This document shows, piece after piece, positions 37,842 through 48,146 of a stretch of DNA of 64,000 nt. The DNA comes from an uncultured Clostridia bacterium (lineage in GTDB: Bacteria; Bacillota; Clostridia; Christensenellales; CAG-138), in NCBI GenBank assembly GCA_934633985.1, contig CAKTYU010000003.1:9507-73506 (forward strand), read 5' to 3'. Every line of letters begins with the position of its first letter. Positions within the stretch are counted from its first letter, which is position 1. Position numbers and translations under genes: made by a program. The notes under the pieces are model-generated. The model saw only the letters and a program-made list of their open reading frames with translations, made no database searches and was not told the origin of the DNA.

Positions 37842-40416
37842 GTGCGCCCGGAAGGGCTGCGGCGTAAGCCAATGCAGTCCGTGGGTAATTGGAAATTCCG
37901 CCTTTGGCAAGGCGGTAGGAAAAGGTATCAATGAGAGGAGGTGAGCTATCGCCTATCATCACCCGACTTATCCGGCGGGGAAACCCAATGGGGAGTGTAG
38001 CATGTCGGGAAAGCCGCAAGCTGGCTAACTATCAAGCCACTGCTGAACGGTGAGATGAAAAGTTGTGAACGAGGAATAAGGCTAAACTGCCTGAAGGGCA
38101 GTCCAAGACGGCATACTTGAGCCGACGGCGTAGGATAGTTGTATTCGCCGTATGTCGTGGCAACCGGGGACAGGTATTCGCTGGTTGCGTAATACCCATG
38201 ACAGTCAACCGCAGTAAGCGGAAACGGACGAAAACCCACTCCGACATCACAACAAGCTATTTCCAGTTATCTAACCGGGGATTGCCTAACCCGAAACGCC
38301 GGGGAAACCTGGCTATGCGTAATGCCTTATGGTGATAAATTTCAAGGGTTAAGCCTAAGAAAGATGACGCTGAAAATTCGATATGGCAACGGAGCCGCCG
38401 TAGTAGTCCGAGGTTGGGAAAGCCAACTACATGGCGAAGGGCGGCAGGGTATCAACCAAAATATTGAAAGGAAAGGTGCGTGAGGCACTATGAGAAGTCC
38501 TCAAAATGTTTTGGAAAGTCTAAAATCCAAAGCAACAAATGCAAACTACCACTATCAAAGACTCTATCGTAATCTGTACAATCCTGAATTTTATTTGCTG
38601 GCGTATCAGCGCATACAGGCAAAACAGGGTAACATGACTGCCGGGACAGACGGGAAAACAATTGACGGCATGGGTATGAGGCGGATTGAAAATCTTATTG
38701 AAAAATTGAGAGATTACAGTTACCAGCCGAAACCCGCCCGGAGAACGTACATCCCGAAAGCAAACGGCAAAATGCGCCCATTAGGTATTCCGTCCTTTGA
38801 CGATAAACTTGTTCAGGAAGTCGTGCGCCTGATACTGGAAAGTATTTACGAGCCTACTTTCTGCAACGCTTCACACGGATTTCGCCCGAAGCGGAGCTGC
38901 CATACAGCCTTGCAACACATTAAGCGGAATTATACCGGGGTGAAGTGGTTTGTCGAGGGCGACATCAAAGGGTGCTTTGACAACATTGACCGCCATGTTT
39001 TGTTGCAAATACTTCGCAGACGCATTACAGATGAACACTTCATCGGCCTAATCTGGAAGTTCCTAAAAGCGGGCTATATGGAAAATTGGGTATATCACAA
39101 CACCTATTCCGGCACGCCGCAGGGATCGCTAATTAGTCCGATACTGGCGAACATCTACCTCAACGAATTGGATGTATTCATGGTAAGTTATGCCCAAGCC
39201 TTTAACTGTGGTGCAAAGCGTCAAATCAATCCGGCATACAAAAAGCCGCTTGATGTAAGACGTGGAAAACAGGAATGGCTAAAACGCAATGAAAACAAAA
39301 TCAGTGAGGAAAAGCGGCGTGAGGTAACAGCGCAAATTCAGGAAATCAACCAGTATCTCCGAACGATTCCTTATGGCGACCCGATGGATAATGAGTATAG
39401 GCGCATTGTCTATGTTCGCTACGCCGACGACTTTCTTATCGGTGTTATCGGCAGTAAAGCGGACGCAAAACAAGTCAAGGCTGATGTGGGAATGTTTATC
39501 AGCAATGAGCTCCATTTGGAGATGTCATCAGAAAAAACACTCATTACACATGGCAATGATTTTGCTCATTTTCTCGGCTATGAAATCACCGCCAGTTCGG
39601 AGCAAAACAGTACCCGTATGAAAACAGGATATACCAAACGTTCCTATACCGGACGAATCAAATTGTATGTACCGAAAGAGAAATGGCTCAACCGCTTGCT
39701 CTCTTACGGTGCGTTAAAAATCAATCTGGTGGAAGGAAAGGAAGTTTGGGAACCTACACGCAGACCGGGACTGATGCGACTGGACGACATTGAAATCCTG
39801 AATCAGTACAACGCAGAAGCGCGTGGATTGTACAACTACTATCGGTTAGCACACAATGTATCGGTGTTGAACTCATTTCTATACGTGATGAAATTCAGCA
39901 TGTACAAAACATTCGCCGGAAAATATCGGACGAGCATACGCAAGATTATTCGCAAGTACAGCCGTGATGGGGATTTTATCGTGTCATATCCAACGAAGAA
40001 AGGCACAAAATCTACCGTATTCTACAATCAGGGGATGCGCTACGACGACAAGATTGTAGTGACGGAAAACCCTGACATAATCAGCAGGACGAATGAAAAC
40101 CGCCGCTATACAAGTCTGATTGACCGCCTAAAAGGTAACACTTGCGAATGGTGCAAAGCCGAAACAAAGGGCATTGAGATTCATCATGTCCGAAAACTCA
40201 AAGATTTAAGTGGTAAGGCAGAATGGGAACGCCACATGATTGCACGTAAACGCAAAACAATGGCACTGTGCCATTCGTGCCACGTAAAGCTGCACAACGG
40301 AAAATTAGACTGATACCTGGAAAGCCGGATACACCGAGAGGTGTACGTCCGGTTTGGAGGGGAGCGTTTGGAAATCTGCCGCAGTAATGCGGCAAGGCGC
40401 CGGGCGCTTACCCTAC
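37842..40416 (+). mobile_element. group II intron (2,575 nt) encoding an RT-maturase-HNH protein
   Basis: 5' GTGCG. Domain V at 40323-40354 (AGC triad, 2-nt AC bulge, GAGA tetraloop). Domain VI GGGAGCG/CGCTT(A)CCC with bulged A at 40410, 7th nt from the 3' end (..CTAC). Splicing restores the frame ..FFKLY-F-HAAIAPVALASFAGEP.. Confidence 0.9.
38490..40313 (+). CDS. group II intron-encoded protein (reverse transcriptase / maturase / HNH endonuclease)
   Basis: 607 aa. RT motifs ..RPLGIPSFDDKLVQE.., GTPQGSLISPILANIYL, YVRYADDFLIG. C-terminal CEWC...HHV...CHSCH zinc/HNH. Confidence 0.95.
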   Translation: MRSPQNVLESLKSKATNANYHYQRLYRNLYNPEFYLLAYQRIQAKQGNMTAGTDGKTIDGMGMRRIENLIEKLRDYSYQPKPARRTYIPKANGKMRPLGIPSFDDKLVQEVVRLILESIYEPTFCNASHGFRPKRSCHTALQHIKRNYTGVKWFVEGDIKGCFDNIDRHVLLQILRRRITDEHFIGLIWKFLKAGYMENWVYHNTYSGTPQGSLISPILANIYLNELDVFMVSYAQAFNCGAKRQINPAYKKPLDVRRGKQEWLKRNENKISEEKRREVTAQIQEINQYLRTIPYGDPMDNEYRRIVYVRYADDFLIGVIGSKADAKQVKADVGMFISNELHLEMSSEKTLITHGNDFAHFLGYEITASSEQNSTRMKTGYTKRSYTGRIKLYVPKEKWLNRLLSYGALKINLVEGKEVWEPTRRPGLMRLDDIEILNQYNAEARGLYNYYRLAHNVSVLNSFLYVMKFSMYKTFAGKYRTSIRKIIRKYSRDGDFIVSYPTKKGTKSTVFYNQGMRYDDKIVVTENPDIISRTNENRRYTSLIDRLKGNTCEWCKAETKGIEIHHVRKLKDLSGKAEWERHMIARKRKTMALCHSCHVKLHNGKLD

Positions 40417-40706
40417 TCCATGCGGCCATAGCGCCGGTGGCGCTTGCGAGCTTTGCAGGGGAGCCAAGCCAGGGCATAGGCAAGAGCTTTCTTAAATCAT
40501 ACGCCGGCGCGTGCATGGAGGGCGCTGTCATATTACTCTCCTGCGTGATCTATTCCGCTTTGGCGGCGTCGGAACCCACCGTGACGGACACGACTGTGGT
40601 GAATATGGTGTGGTCGTATATAGGTGAGCTCGCATTTAACCTGCTGGTGCTTGTGGGCGCCGTTCGGCTTGCCGACAGCACCGTAAGGCAGATGCTGGGA
40701 CTGTAA
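40417..40706 (+). CDS. VirB6/TrbL-like T4SS membrane protein, exon 2
   Basis: In frame with exon 1 after splicing (544 + 290 nt = 277 codons plus stop). ..AIAPVALASFAGEPSQGIGKSFLKSYAGACMEGAVILL.. Confidence 0.8.
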
Positions 40707-40739
40707 TAATCAAAATAAACAACAGAGAGGTGACAAGCG

Positions 40740-41153
40740 ATGGAAGTAAAGATAAACAAGGAAATACGGGACTATCAGGAAAGTATGTTCTTCGGCCTGT
40801 CTCTGCGGCAGACGGTGTTCTCGCTGCTTTCGGTGGCTGCCGCTGCAGCCGTGTACTTCGCGGCGCACGATACGGTGTACTTTGACGTGGGTTGGGTATG
40901 CGTACTTGCCGCCGCACCCTTCGCAGTATGCGGGTTTGTAAAGTACCACGGCCTGACCGCCGAACAATTCGCCGCGGTCTGGTTCCGCAGCGAGCTCCTC
41001 GCCCCGGAGCGCCTTGCCTGCGTACCCGAAAACACCTACGCCGCCGCAATACTCCCCGCCCTCGAGGCTAAGCAGGCGGAGAATATCAGGCGGCGCCGCA
41101 GGCAGTGGAAGAGGAACAAGCATTTTTACGAGCAGGAGGAAGCCCTTATATGA
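40740..41153 (+). CDS. PrgI family (VirB3-like) T4SS membrane protein
   Basis: 137 aa. MEVKINKEIRDYQESMFFGLSLRQ.. plus two TM helices. ATGA overlap with virB4. Confidence 0.7.
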   Translation: MEVKINKEIRDYQESMFFGLSLRQTVFSLLSVAAAAAVYFAAHDTVYFDVGWVCVLAAAPFAVCGFVKYHGLTAEQFAAVWFRSELLAPERLACVPENTYAAAILPALEAKQAENIRRRRRQWKRNKHFYEQEEALI

Positions 41154-43504
41154 TAAAGACCCTCGACAAGACCTTGAAGCAGGACAAGGAACCTTATGCT
41201 ATCCCAAGAACCGTACAGAATACCATCCCCATCCGGCGCATATGGCCGGATGGGGTATTCCTTTGCGGCAGCAAATATTCAAAGTGCTGGCGCTTCGAGG
41301 ACGTCAACTACGCCATAGCCGGTAAGGAGAACAAGACCGCGATGTTCTTGGATTACAGCGAGCTTCTCAATTCCCTCGACTCTGGCGCAACAGCCAAGAT
41401 AACCATAAACAATCGCAGGATAAACCGCGCCGACTTTGAAAAGAGTATACTGCTCCGCGAGGCAGGCGACGGGCTTGATGGGCTGCGCAGGGAATACAAC
41501 GAAATGCTGCTCGGCAAGATCACCGGCTCCGAAAACAGCATGGTACAGGAGCGCTACATCACGATATCCGTACACAAAAGGAGCGTGGAAGAAGCCAAGG
41601 CTTACTTCGCCCGCGTGGGGACCGACCTCACGGCCCGCTTGGGCAAGCTCTCCTCCCGCTGTACGGAGCTCGACGCCGCCAATAGGCTCCGCATATTCCA
41701 CGACTTTTTCCGTGCTGGGGAGGAAACGAGCTTCCGCTTCGACATGAACTCCTCCGCGAAGAAGGGTCATGGTTTCAAGGAGTCTTTCTGCCCGCAAAGC
41801 CTTGAGTTCAAGGGTAGGTACTTCGGCATGGGGGCTAGGTTCGGCAGAGCCCTGTACCTTCAAGAGTACGCGAGCTACATCAAGGACAGCATGGTATCCG
41901 AACTGTGTGAACTCAACCGCAGCCTAATGCTGTCTATAGACATAATTCCCATACCCACCGACGAGGCGGTCAGGGAAATGCAGAACAAGTTGCTGGGCAT
42001 TGAAACGAATGTATCTAACTGGCAGCGCAGGCAGAACGCGGCGAACAATTTCTCCGCCGTAATACCCTACGACATGGAACTTCAGCGAAGGGAGACCAAG
42101 GAGTTCTTGGACGATCTCACCACCCGCGACCAGCGCATGATGTTCGTGGTGGTGACGCTCGTACACGCAGCGGATACCATAGAGCAGCTCGACAGCGACA
42201 CGGAGGCTCTGCTCTCCGTAGGCCGGAAGCACCTGTGCCGGCTAACCCCGCTCACCTTCCAGCAGATGGATGGGCTGAATACGGCTTTGCCGTATGGGGT
42301 CAGGAGAATAGACGCGCTGCGGACGCTGACCACGGAATCCACAGCTGTGCTCATGCCCTTCAAGGCGCAGGAAATATGCCATGACCGGGGCGTGTATTTC
42401 GGGCAGAACGCCATGTCCCGGAACCTTCTGTTCATAGACCGCAGGCGGCTTCTTAACGGCAACGGCTTTATCTTAGGTGTATCTGGCTCCGGCAAGAGCT
42501 TCACGGCCAAGCGTGAAATACTTAATCTCGCCATATCGACTGAGGATGACATAATCGTGATAGACCCGGAGGCCGAGTACGGGCCGCTCATACGGGCGCT
42601 GGGCGGTGAGGTGGTACGCATAGCGGCAGCGAGCCCCAGCCACATAAATGCCATGGACATGGCTGAAGGCTACGGTGACGGCGAGAACCCCGTCGTACTC
42701 AAGAGCGAATTCATACTCTCCCTCTGCGAGCAACTCGTGGGTTCAGGCAAGCTAACAGCAAAGGAAAAGAGCCTCATAGACCGCTGTACGGCAAGCGTAT
42801 ACCGCAAGCACCTGTCCAGCAACTACGGCGGAACGCCCCCCACCCTTAAGGATTTCCATTCGGAGCTTCTCAGGCAGGACGAGCCGGAGGCTCGCGACGT
42901 TGCGCTGGCGATAGAGCTTTTCACTAACGGCTCCCTCGATACCTTTGCCCAGCAGACCAATGTGAATCCCAACAGCCGCATACTCTGCTACGACATCCGC
43001 GACCTCGGCAGGCAGCTTCTGCCCATAGGGATGCTGGTGGTACTGGACAGCGTATTCAACCGCATCGTCTCCAACAGGCTGAAGGGAAGGCGAACCTGGA
43101 TCGTTATCGACGAGATATATCTACTTTTCCAGCACGAGTACAGCGCGAACTTCCTCTTCGCGCTCTGGAAGCGCGTCCGCAAGTATGGTGCCTGCGCCAC
43201 CGGCCTCACACAGAACGTTGATGACCTGCTGCAGAGCCATACCGCCCGCACCATGCTATCCAACAGCGAGTTTCTCGTCATGCTCAATCAGGCGGCGACG
43301 GACAGGATAGAGCTCGCGAAGCTGCTGAACATTTCAGAGAATCAGCTCTCATATATGACCAACGTTCCGAGCGGTCACGGACTTTTGAAATGCGGCGGCA
43401 GCATAGTGCCTTTTGAAGACAGGTTCCCAGCACATACCCTGAGCTACAAATACCTCACGACAAAGCCACCTGAACTGCCCGACAGCCAAGCCGAATCGCT
43501 GTGA
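41150..43504 (+). CDS. VirB4-family conjugative transfer ATPase
   Basis: ORF 41105..43504. ATG at 41150 overlaps the upstream stop. Walker A GVSGSGKSF, Walker B WIVIDEIY. Confidence 0.9.
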   Translation: MIKTLDKTLKQDKEPYAIPRTVQNTIPIRRIWPDGVFLCGSKYSKCWRFEDVNYAIAGKENKTAMFLDYSELLNSLDSGATAKITINNRRINRADFEKSILLREAGDGLDGLRREYNEMLLGKITGSENSMVQERYITISVHKRSVEEAKAYFARVGTDLTARLGKLSSRCTELDAANRLRIFHDFFRAGEETSFRFDMNSSAKKGHGFKESFCPQSLEFKGRYFGMGARFGRALYLQEYASYIKDSMVSELCELNRSLMLSIDIIPIPTDEAVREMQNKLLGIETNVSNWQRRQNAANNFSAVIPYDMELQRRETKEFLDDLTTRDQRMMFVVVTLVHAADTIEQLDSDTEALLSVGRKHLCRLTPLTFQQMDGLNTALPYGVRRIDALRTLTTESTAVLMPFKAQEICHDRGVYFGQNAMSRNLLFIDRRRLLNGNGFILGVSGSGKSFTAKREILNLAISTEDDIIVIDPEAEYGPLIRALGGEVVRIAAASPSHINAMDMAEGYGDGENPVVLKSEFILSLCEQLVGSGKLTAKEKSLIDRCTASVYRKHLSSNYGGTPPTLKDFHSELLRQDEPEARDVALAIELFTNGSLDTFAQQTNVNPNSRILCYDIRDLGRQLLPIGMLVVLDSVFNRIVSNRLKGRRTWIVIDEIYLLFQHEYSANFLFALWKRVRKYGACATGLTQNVDDLLQSHTARTMLSNSEFLVMLNQAATDRIELAKLLNISENQLSYMTNVPSGHGLLKCGGSIVPFEDRFPAHTLSYKYLTTKPPELPDSQAESL

Positions 43505-43509
43505 CCGCT

Positions 43510-45129
43510 ATGGATAAGATAAAGGAAAAGCCAATGCCCGGTAAACCTCGGACGCTTGCAAGGACCGTGCGCGTGCTACCCTCGACCATACGCACCGCCG
43601 CAAGGCGGAGCCAGGAAAGAGCGCGGGAGCAGGCCGAACATCCGGAAAGCTCACCCTCCGCCTACGCACTTGACCGCTCCACTGAACTCGCCGCCGACAC
43701 GGCGCACATTGTCGGCGATACGGCAAGGGTTATCTTGAAGAGCGAACCCGCAAAGGCACATATCCCGCAGCATGTACGGCAATCTAAGGCAAAGCGGGCA
43801 GAGAAGGCAACTGCTCGTGCAAGGCGCGCCGCCGTCAAGACGGCGGAAAAGCCCGGAAAGCCACCGAAGCAGGCGGCGCAGTTTTGGAAAAGCACCTTCA
43901 AGGCCGCAGATAAGACCGTTGGGACTGCGCGGAACGCCGCCGCAGAAACGGCGCGCCAGACAAAAACAGCGCACACGGCAGCAAAGGCTGCTGTTCGAGC
44001 TGCTCGCAGTACCGTCGGCACAGTAAAGGCCGCCTCTTCCGACTTTAAAACCGCGGCAGCTGCGGCAAAGGGATTCGCCGCCGCTTTCGTCGCGAGCGGC
44101 TGGATAGTAATCGTAATAATAGCAGCGGGTACTGCTGCCGCCATACTCTGCTCGGCATTTGGCATATTCTTTTCCGATGAGGCCGACCCCGGAAAACTAA
44201 AGCAGGCCATATTTGATATAAACACAGGATTTATGGATAGCCTGCAGGTGCGCATAGATGGGTTATCCTCGGGCGGGTACGATGCTGTGAACGTGATATA
44301 TGAGGGCGAGTTCGACGGCGACTCTTTCATGGTCAATAACTGGACTGACGTGTTGGGGGTATATGCAGTGAGCGTTACCACCGACAAGGCAGGCGGAAGA
44401 GAGGTGATGACTATTGATGACAAAAAGAAGCGGCTGCTGCAAAGCATATTCGACGATATGAACACGGTAAGCATGCGAACCGATACCGAGGGTACCACAG
44501 CGACCGTTATTTTAAACGGTAAGCCTGTGGAACAAACGTCTACCACTTTGAATATTTATATCGGCATTCAGAGCCTTGGTTACGCCGAGGGGGCTAATCT
44601 GTACGCTTTTGACGAAAATCAGATGGAAATGCTGGAGGAGCTCATGAGCCCGCGGTATTATTCCCTATTCGCTGATCTTATCAATGTAGACATATACGGC
44701 GGCATGACGTCTTCGGAGCTTGCAGGCATCGTCAAGGATCTGCCAGCGGGGACAAAGGGTGGACAGATAGCACAGACGGCAATATCTAAGGTGGGCACAC
44801 CTTATTCGGTCATGGACTGCTCCCAGTTGAGCCGGTATGCCTACGGACAGGCGGGAATATCGCTGCCCCGAACCTCGGTCGAGCAGGCGAAGCACTGCCA
44901 GAGCAATGGCTATACAATATCCTCCGCCGCCCTACAGCCGGGGGATCTGATATTCTGGAGCAGGACGGCCTGCCGCTGCGGACGCTGGAACGAGATACAC
45001 CATGTCGGCGTTTACATAGGCGGTGGGCGCATAGTGGACGCAAGCTCCGCCAAGGGCCGGGTGGTGCTGCGGGACATATGGAGCGGCGGCAGCTGGCAGA
45101 TAGTGATGTATGCGCGGCCCCATGTATAG
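43510..45129 (+). CDS. T4SS-associated peptidoglycan hydrolase (NlpC/P60 C40 peptidase) with TM anchor
   Basis: A/K-rich N-terminus, TM WIVIVIIAAGTAAAIL. C-terminal ..GTPYSVMDCSQLSRYAY...GDLIFW...HHVGVYIGGGRIVDA. An alternative GTG start at 43501 is possible. Confidence 0.85.
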   Translation: MDKIKEKPMPGKPRTLARTVRVLPSTIRTAARRSQERAREQAEHPESSPSAYALDRSTELAADTAHIVGDTARVILKSEPAKAHIPQHVRQSKAKRAEKATARARRAAVKTAEKPGKPPKQAAQFWKSTFKAADKTVGTARNAAAETARQTKTAHTAAKAAVRAARSTVGTVKAASSDFKTAAAAAKGFAAAFVASGWIVIVIIAAGTAAAILCSAFGIFFSDEADPGKLKQAIFDINTGFMDSLQVRIDGLSSGGYDAVNVIYEGEFDGDSFMVNNWTDVLGVYAVSVTTDKAGGREVMTIDDKKKRLLQSIFDDMNTVSMRTDTEGTTATVILNGKPVEQTSTTLNIYIGIQSLGYAEGANLYAFDENQMEMLEELMSPRYYSLFADLINVDIYGGMTSSELAGIVKDLPAGTKGGQIAQTAISKVGTPYSVMDCSQLSRYAYGQAGISLPRTSVEQAKHCQSNGYTISSAALQPGDLIFWSRTACRCGRWNEIHHVGVYIGGGRIVDASSAKGRVVLRDIWSGGSWQIVMYARPHV

Positions 45130-45137
45130 GAGGGAAT

Positions 45138-45752
45138 ATGAATAAGGTCATCGTATGGGCGGCTGTTGCCGCCCTTCTAATTGCGGCGGGGACCTGCCTC
45201 ATGCACAAAGGAATACCCGCTGAGGATACGACGTTCGTCAGGATATCACTTCCTGAAAGGGAAGAAACGGATAATATCCGCCATGCATATATCAAGCCGG
45301 AAGGGCCGTATGTGGAAGCAGCAGATGACGCACCTGCTGAGCCGGAAGCAGAACAGCCCGCCGTGGTCGATCTTCTCGGAACGCTGGTGATAGATGGTAA
45401 AGAGATACCCATTGCCCGCGGCATATATGAGGATACGTTGAAGGCATCTCCGGGCTGGATGCCGGAGAGCGCATTGCCCGGCGAAAGCGGTATGTGTGTC
45501 ATATTTGGGCACAGGAACAAAAAGCATCTGCGCCCGCTGGAAAATGCAGTGATAGGCGACGGGATCAGATTCGTATATGTCGATGGTCGGGAGGCAAAGT
45601 ATAACGTAGCCGAGATAATGGTATATGAAAACACCGCAGAGTGGCGTCTACCATCCGCGGCAGGCGATACGCTGGTGCTGGCTACCTGTTGGCCCTTCAG
45701 CTATTCCGGCAGCGCACCGGGGAAGTACATGGCACTATGCCGATTGGAGTAA
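45138..45752 (+). CDS. sortase (SrtB-like, by motif and cognate PPKTG substrate)
   Basis: ORF 45078..45752. ATG at 45138 after AGGAGGG. N-terminal TM, VIFGHRN, TLVLATCWP (TLxTC). Confidence 0.8.
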   Translation: MNKVIVWAAVAALLIAAGTCLMHKGIPAEDTTFVRISLPEREETDNIRHAYIKPEGPYVEAADDAPAEPEAEQPAVVDLLGTLVIDGKEIPIARGIYEDTLKASPGWMPESALPGESGMCVIFGHRNKKHLRPLENAVIGDGIRFVYVDGREAKYNVAEIMVYENTAEWRLPSAAGDTLVLATCWPFSYSGSAPGKYMALCRLE

Positions 45753-45836
45753 ATTAAGGTGACAAGGCGCGAACTGCCTTGTCACACTAACATCAGAGGA
45801 TTTGCTCACATCAATAAGGCACTTAACCTGTGCGCC

Positions 45837-47030
45837 TTATGGCTCAATATGTATAGCTGGTACGAAAAGGTTTTTCAACAGGGAAACATCCGGGGCAGGC
45901 ATGCCGCCGGTGATTGAATCGCCCGCCAATACCATGGTTCCATCCGCCTTTAATCCGATCGACAAATAATCGCTGCAATCAATGGCGACAATATCAACCC
46001 AATCCGAAACATCCAATTGCCCGTACCTGTTTTCACCGGCTGCAATGACAGTACCATCCCTCTTTAATCCCAAAGTTGTAAACGTTGTTGTGGATATGGC
46101 TATGATATCTCTCCATTCCCCCACGTCGCCGATCCCTGCAAAATTCTCTCCGGCAAATTTTACGGTGCCATCGCCCATAAGTCCGACAATGCCATATCCG
46201 CAGTCCAAGGAAACAATATTGCTCCATTCCGACAACTCTTTTTCGTATGGACAGTTCCACGATAGCAGCGTTCCGTCTCTTTTAAGCCCGACAACGTATG
46301 CTCCGCCGTCAACGACCGATACGATATCGCTCCAGCCCTCAATAGGACCCAGAAGCATTGTATCCCCGCGGCGATGAGCTGCCCGAACCGTCCCATCGTC
46401 AAACAAGGCGGCAGCCGACTCAGGCCAATCTATCTGAAGTTCTTTTATCAAAGACCATGTTAGAATTTCTTCCACCACGTCCGCGTCTTCTATCATCGGT
46501 ACATTGCCGGAATTTCTAAGCTGTTCGGCGGTGATTGCGGATGTATTCAGCAGTTCTCCTTCCTCAGATAAACCGTTTAAAGAATTTTCAAAAGAAATAA
46601 ATACGGCTCTCATCGCGGGGAGCTCTGACCAGCGGTAAACTGCGTTTGGAGAATTGCTGCCGGATTTATCAGGTATTATAGTAACAGCTTTCTTGTCTCG
46701 TGCATCAATCGCCGCAACAGCCGCCCCGCCTACAAAAATATATGAGCCGTTGATAAGATACCTCAGCTGGTCGCATAGGCGAACCGCCTTATCCTCCTTC
46801 CAAGACGATAACGTAGCGACAGCCTGGGGATATTTCCTTTCTTGTATCAAGAGGAGCGCTTCAGCGTAGGCGGCATCCGAGTCGTTTTCCTGTTCTAATG
46901 GAATCGGAGAGGAAGCCGCTGCCTGCGCTTCTGTTCCTGCGTGATAGGGTTGCTTATACGCGCTGCATCCGCTGAAACAAAAAATTGCCAGTACCAGAAT
47001 AGAACTTAAAAATCCATGCATCAAATACAC
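45837..47030 (-). CDS. lipoprotein with RCC1-like beta-propeller repeats
   Basis: 397 aa. Lipobox CFSGC. Repeats GLKRDGTLLSWN / GLMGDGTVKFAGEN / GLKRDGTVIAAGENRYGQLDVSDW / GLKADGTMVLAGD. Confidence 0.55.
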   Translation of the reverse strand: MYLMHGFLSSILVLAIFCFSGCSAYKQPYHAGTEAQAAASSPIPLEQENDSDAAYAEALLLIQERKYPQAVATLSSWKEDKAVRLCDQLRYLINGSYIFVGGAAVAAIDARDKKAVTIIPDKSGSNSPNAVYRWSELPAMRAVFISFENSLNGLSEEGELLNTSAITAEQLRNSGNVPMIEDADVVEEILTWSLIKELQIDWPESAAALFDDGTVRAAHRRGDTMLLGPIEGWSDIVSVVDGGAYVVGLKRDGTLLSWNCPYEKELSEWSNIVSLDCGYGIVGLMGDGTVKFAGENFAGIGDVGEWRDIIAISTTTFTTLGLKRDGTVIAAGENRYGQLDVSDWVDIVAIDCSDYLSIGLKADGTMVLAGDSITGGMPAPDVSLLKNLFVPAIHIEP

Positions 47031-47195
47031 CCTCGCTTTCTATTACCAGTATAAAGTAAAAAGCGATACCTCACAAATTAACTTTTTGCAAATAGCAGTA
47101 TGCCATGGTACGGAGATGTCACTATTTTTCTATGCATAGATTTACTATTATAATGACATAATCCGGATTAAATATATTTATTTAGGAGAAAAACA

Positions 47196-48146
47196 ATGGC
47201 TTACACACCCGAAAATCCCGCTTCCACCTATACGAAATATGGCGCCCCTATTAACGATTCCACTACTCTCGTTAATATAAAAAACGGTCTCAGTGACATT
47301 GATATGCTGGCACGTATTATATACGCTGAAGAATCCAATTTGGAGGGCCAAAAGGGCGTTGCACAGGTTATTTCCAATAGACGTAGAGAAACATATGGTT
47401 ACTTCCCCGTTTGTGAATTTAGACATGTAATTTACCAGTCTGGTCAATTTACCACACTATCTGGCAGTAATGCAAGGGCAAATCGCCCAAAGCGGGGGGA
47501 TGACGATTGGAAATCCGCTGTTGACTTGGCAATAAGACTTACAAATTATACTGTAATACCATTTGCTTCTTCTACAAACAAAGTCACAAATCAGATGTAT
47601 TTTCTAGCCGGTTCTAATACCAGCGGAAAATATGATGCGAAGGTGATAGGCGGATCCGTGTTCTACAACAGGAGCAATACTGCAGGAAATAGTGTTACTT
47701 CGATAGCCCTGAATGGCGTTGGCTATTCTAATCCTGCGAACATCATCTGGCAATGGGGAAGCAAAGGCTCGATTGTCAAGGCCATTCAATTTAGGCTTTA
47801 TGGAAACGGCTATCTCTCTATTTCTGGTATTGATAGTAACTTTGGGTCAGGTACTGAAACAGCAGTCGCTTCTCTCCAGGCAACTTACAACATTACATCG
47901 GATGGTAAGATCGGCAGTACAACTTGGGCGAAGTTCTTCCCTACTATTACTTCAAGCTCATCCGGCCAGTCGTTAGCAATCAAAGCAATGCAAACTATTC
48001 TCAACTATCGTAATTATAGTGTGGGTACCCCCGATGGCATTTGGGGCTCTAAAACTACGACCGCGCTTAATAACTACAAAACTGCGAATGGTCTGCCTGC
48101 AAACAGCACTTGTGATTGGAATACTTGGGCAAAGCTCGGCAAGTAA
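47196..48146 (+). CDS. SleB/CwlJ-like cell-wall hydrolase with two C-terminal peptidoglycan-binding domains
   Basis: 316 aa. ..LARIIYAEESNLEGQKGVAQVISNRR.. then two PG_binding_1-like repeats (..G..V..IQ..L...GY......D..FG..T..A...Q). Confidence 0.7.
   Translation: MAYTPENPASTYTKYGAPINDSTTLVNIKNGLSDIDMLARIIYAEESNLEGQKGVAQVISNRRRETYGYFPVCEFRHVIYQSGQFTTLSGSNARANRPKRGDDDWKSAVDLAIRLTNYTVIPFASSTNKVTNQMYFLAGSNTSGKYDAKVIGGSVFYNRSNTAGNSVTSIALNGVGYSNPANIIWQWGSKGSIVKAIQFRLYGNGYLSISGIDSNFGSGTETAVASLQATYNITSDGKIGSTTWAKFFPTITSSSSGQSLAIKAMQTILNYRNYSVGTPDGIWGSKTTTALNNYKTANGLPANSTCDWNTWAKLGK

Noticed and set aside
45759-45785. Inverted repeat GTGACAAGG..CCTTGTCAC after the sortase gene, considered as a terminator or the ICE right end
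   Set aside because: No U-tract follows, so it is a weak terminator call. Typical ICE backbone genes (TnpV and others) reappear downstream, so it is unlikely to be the element boundary.
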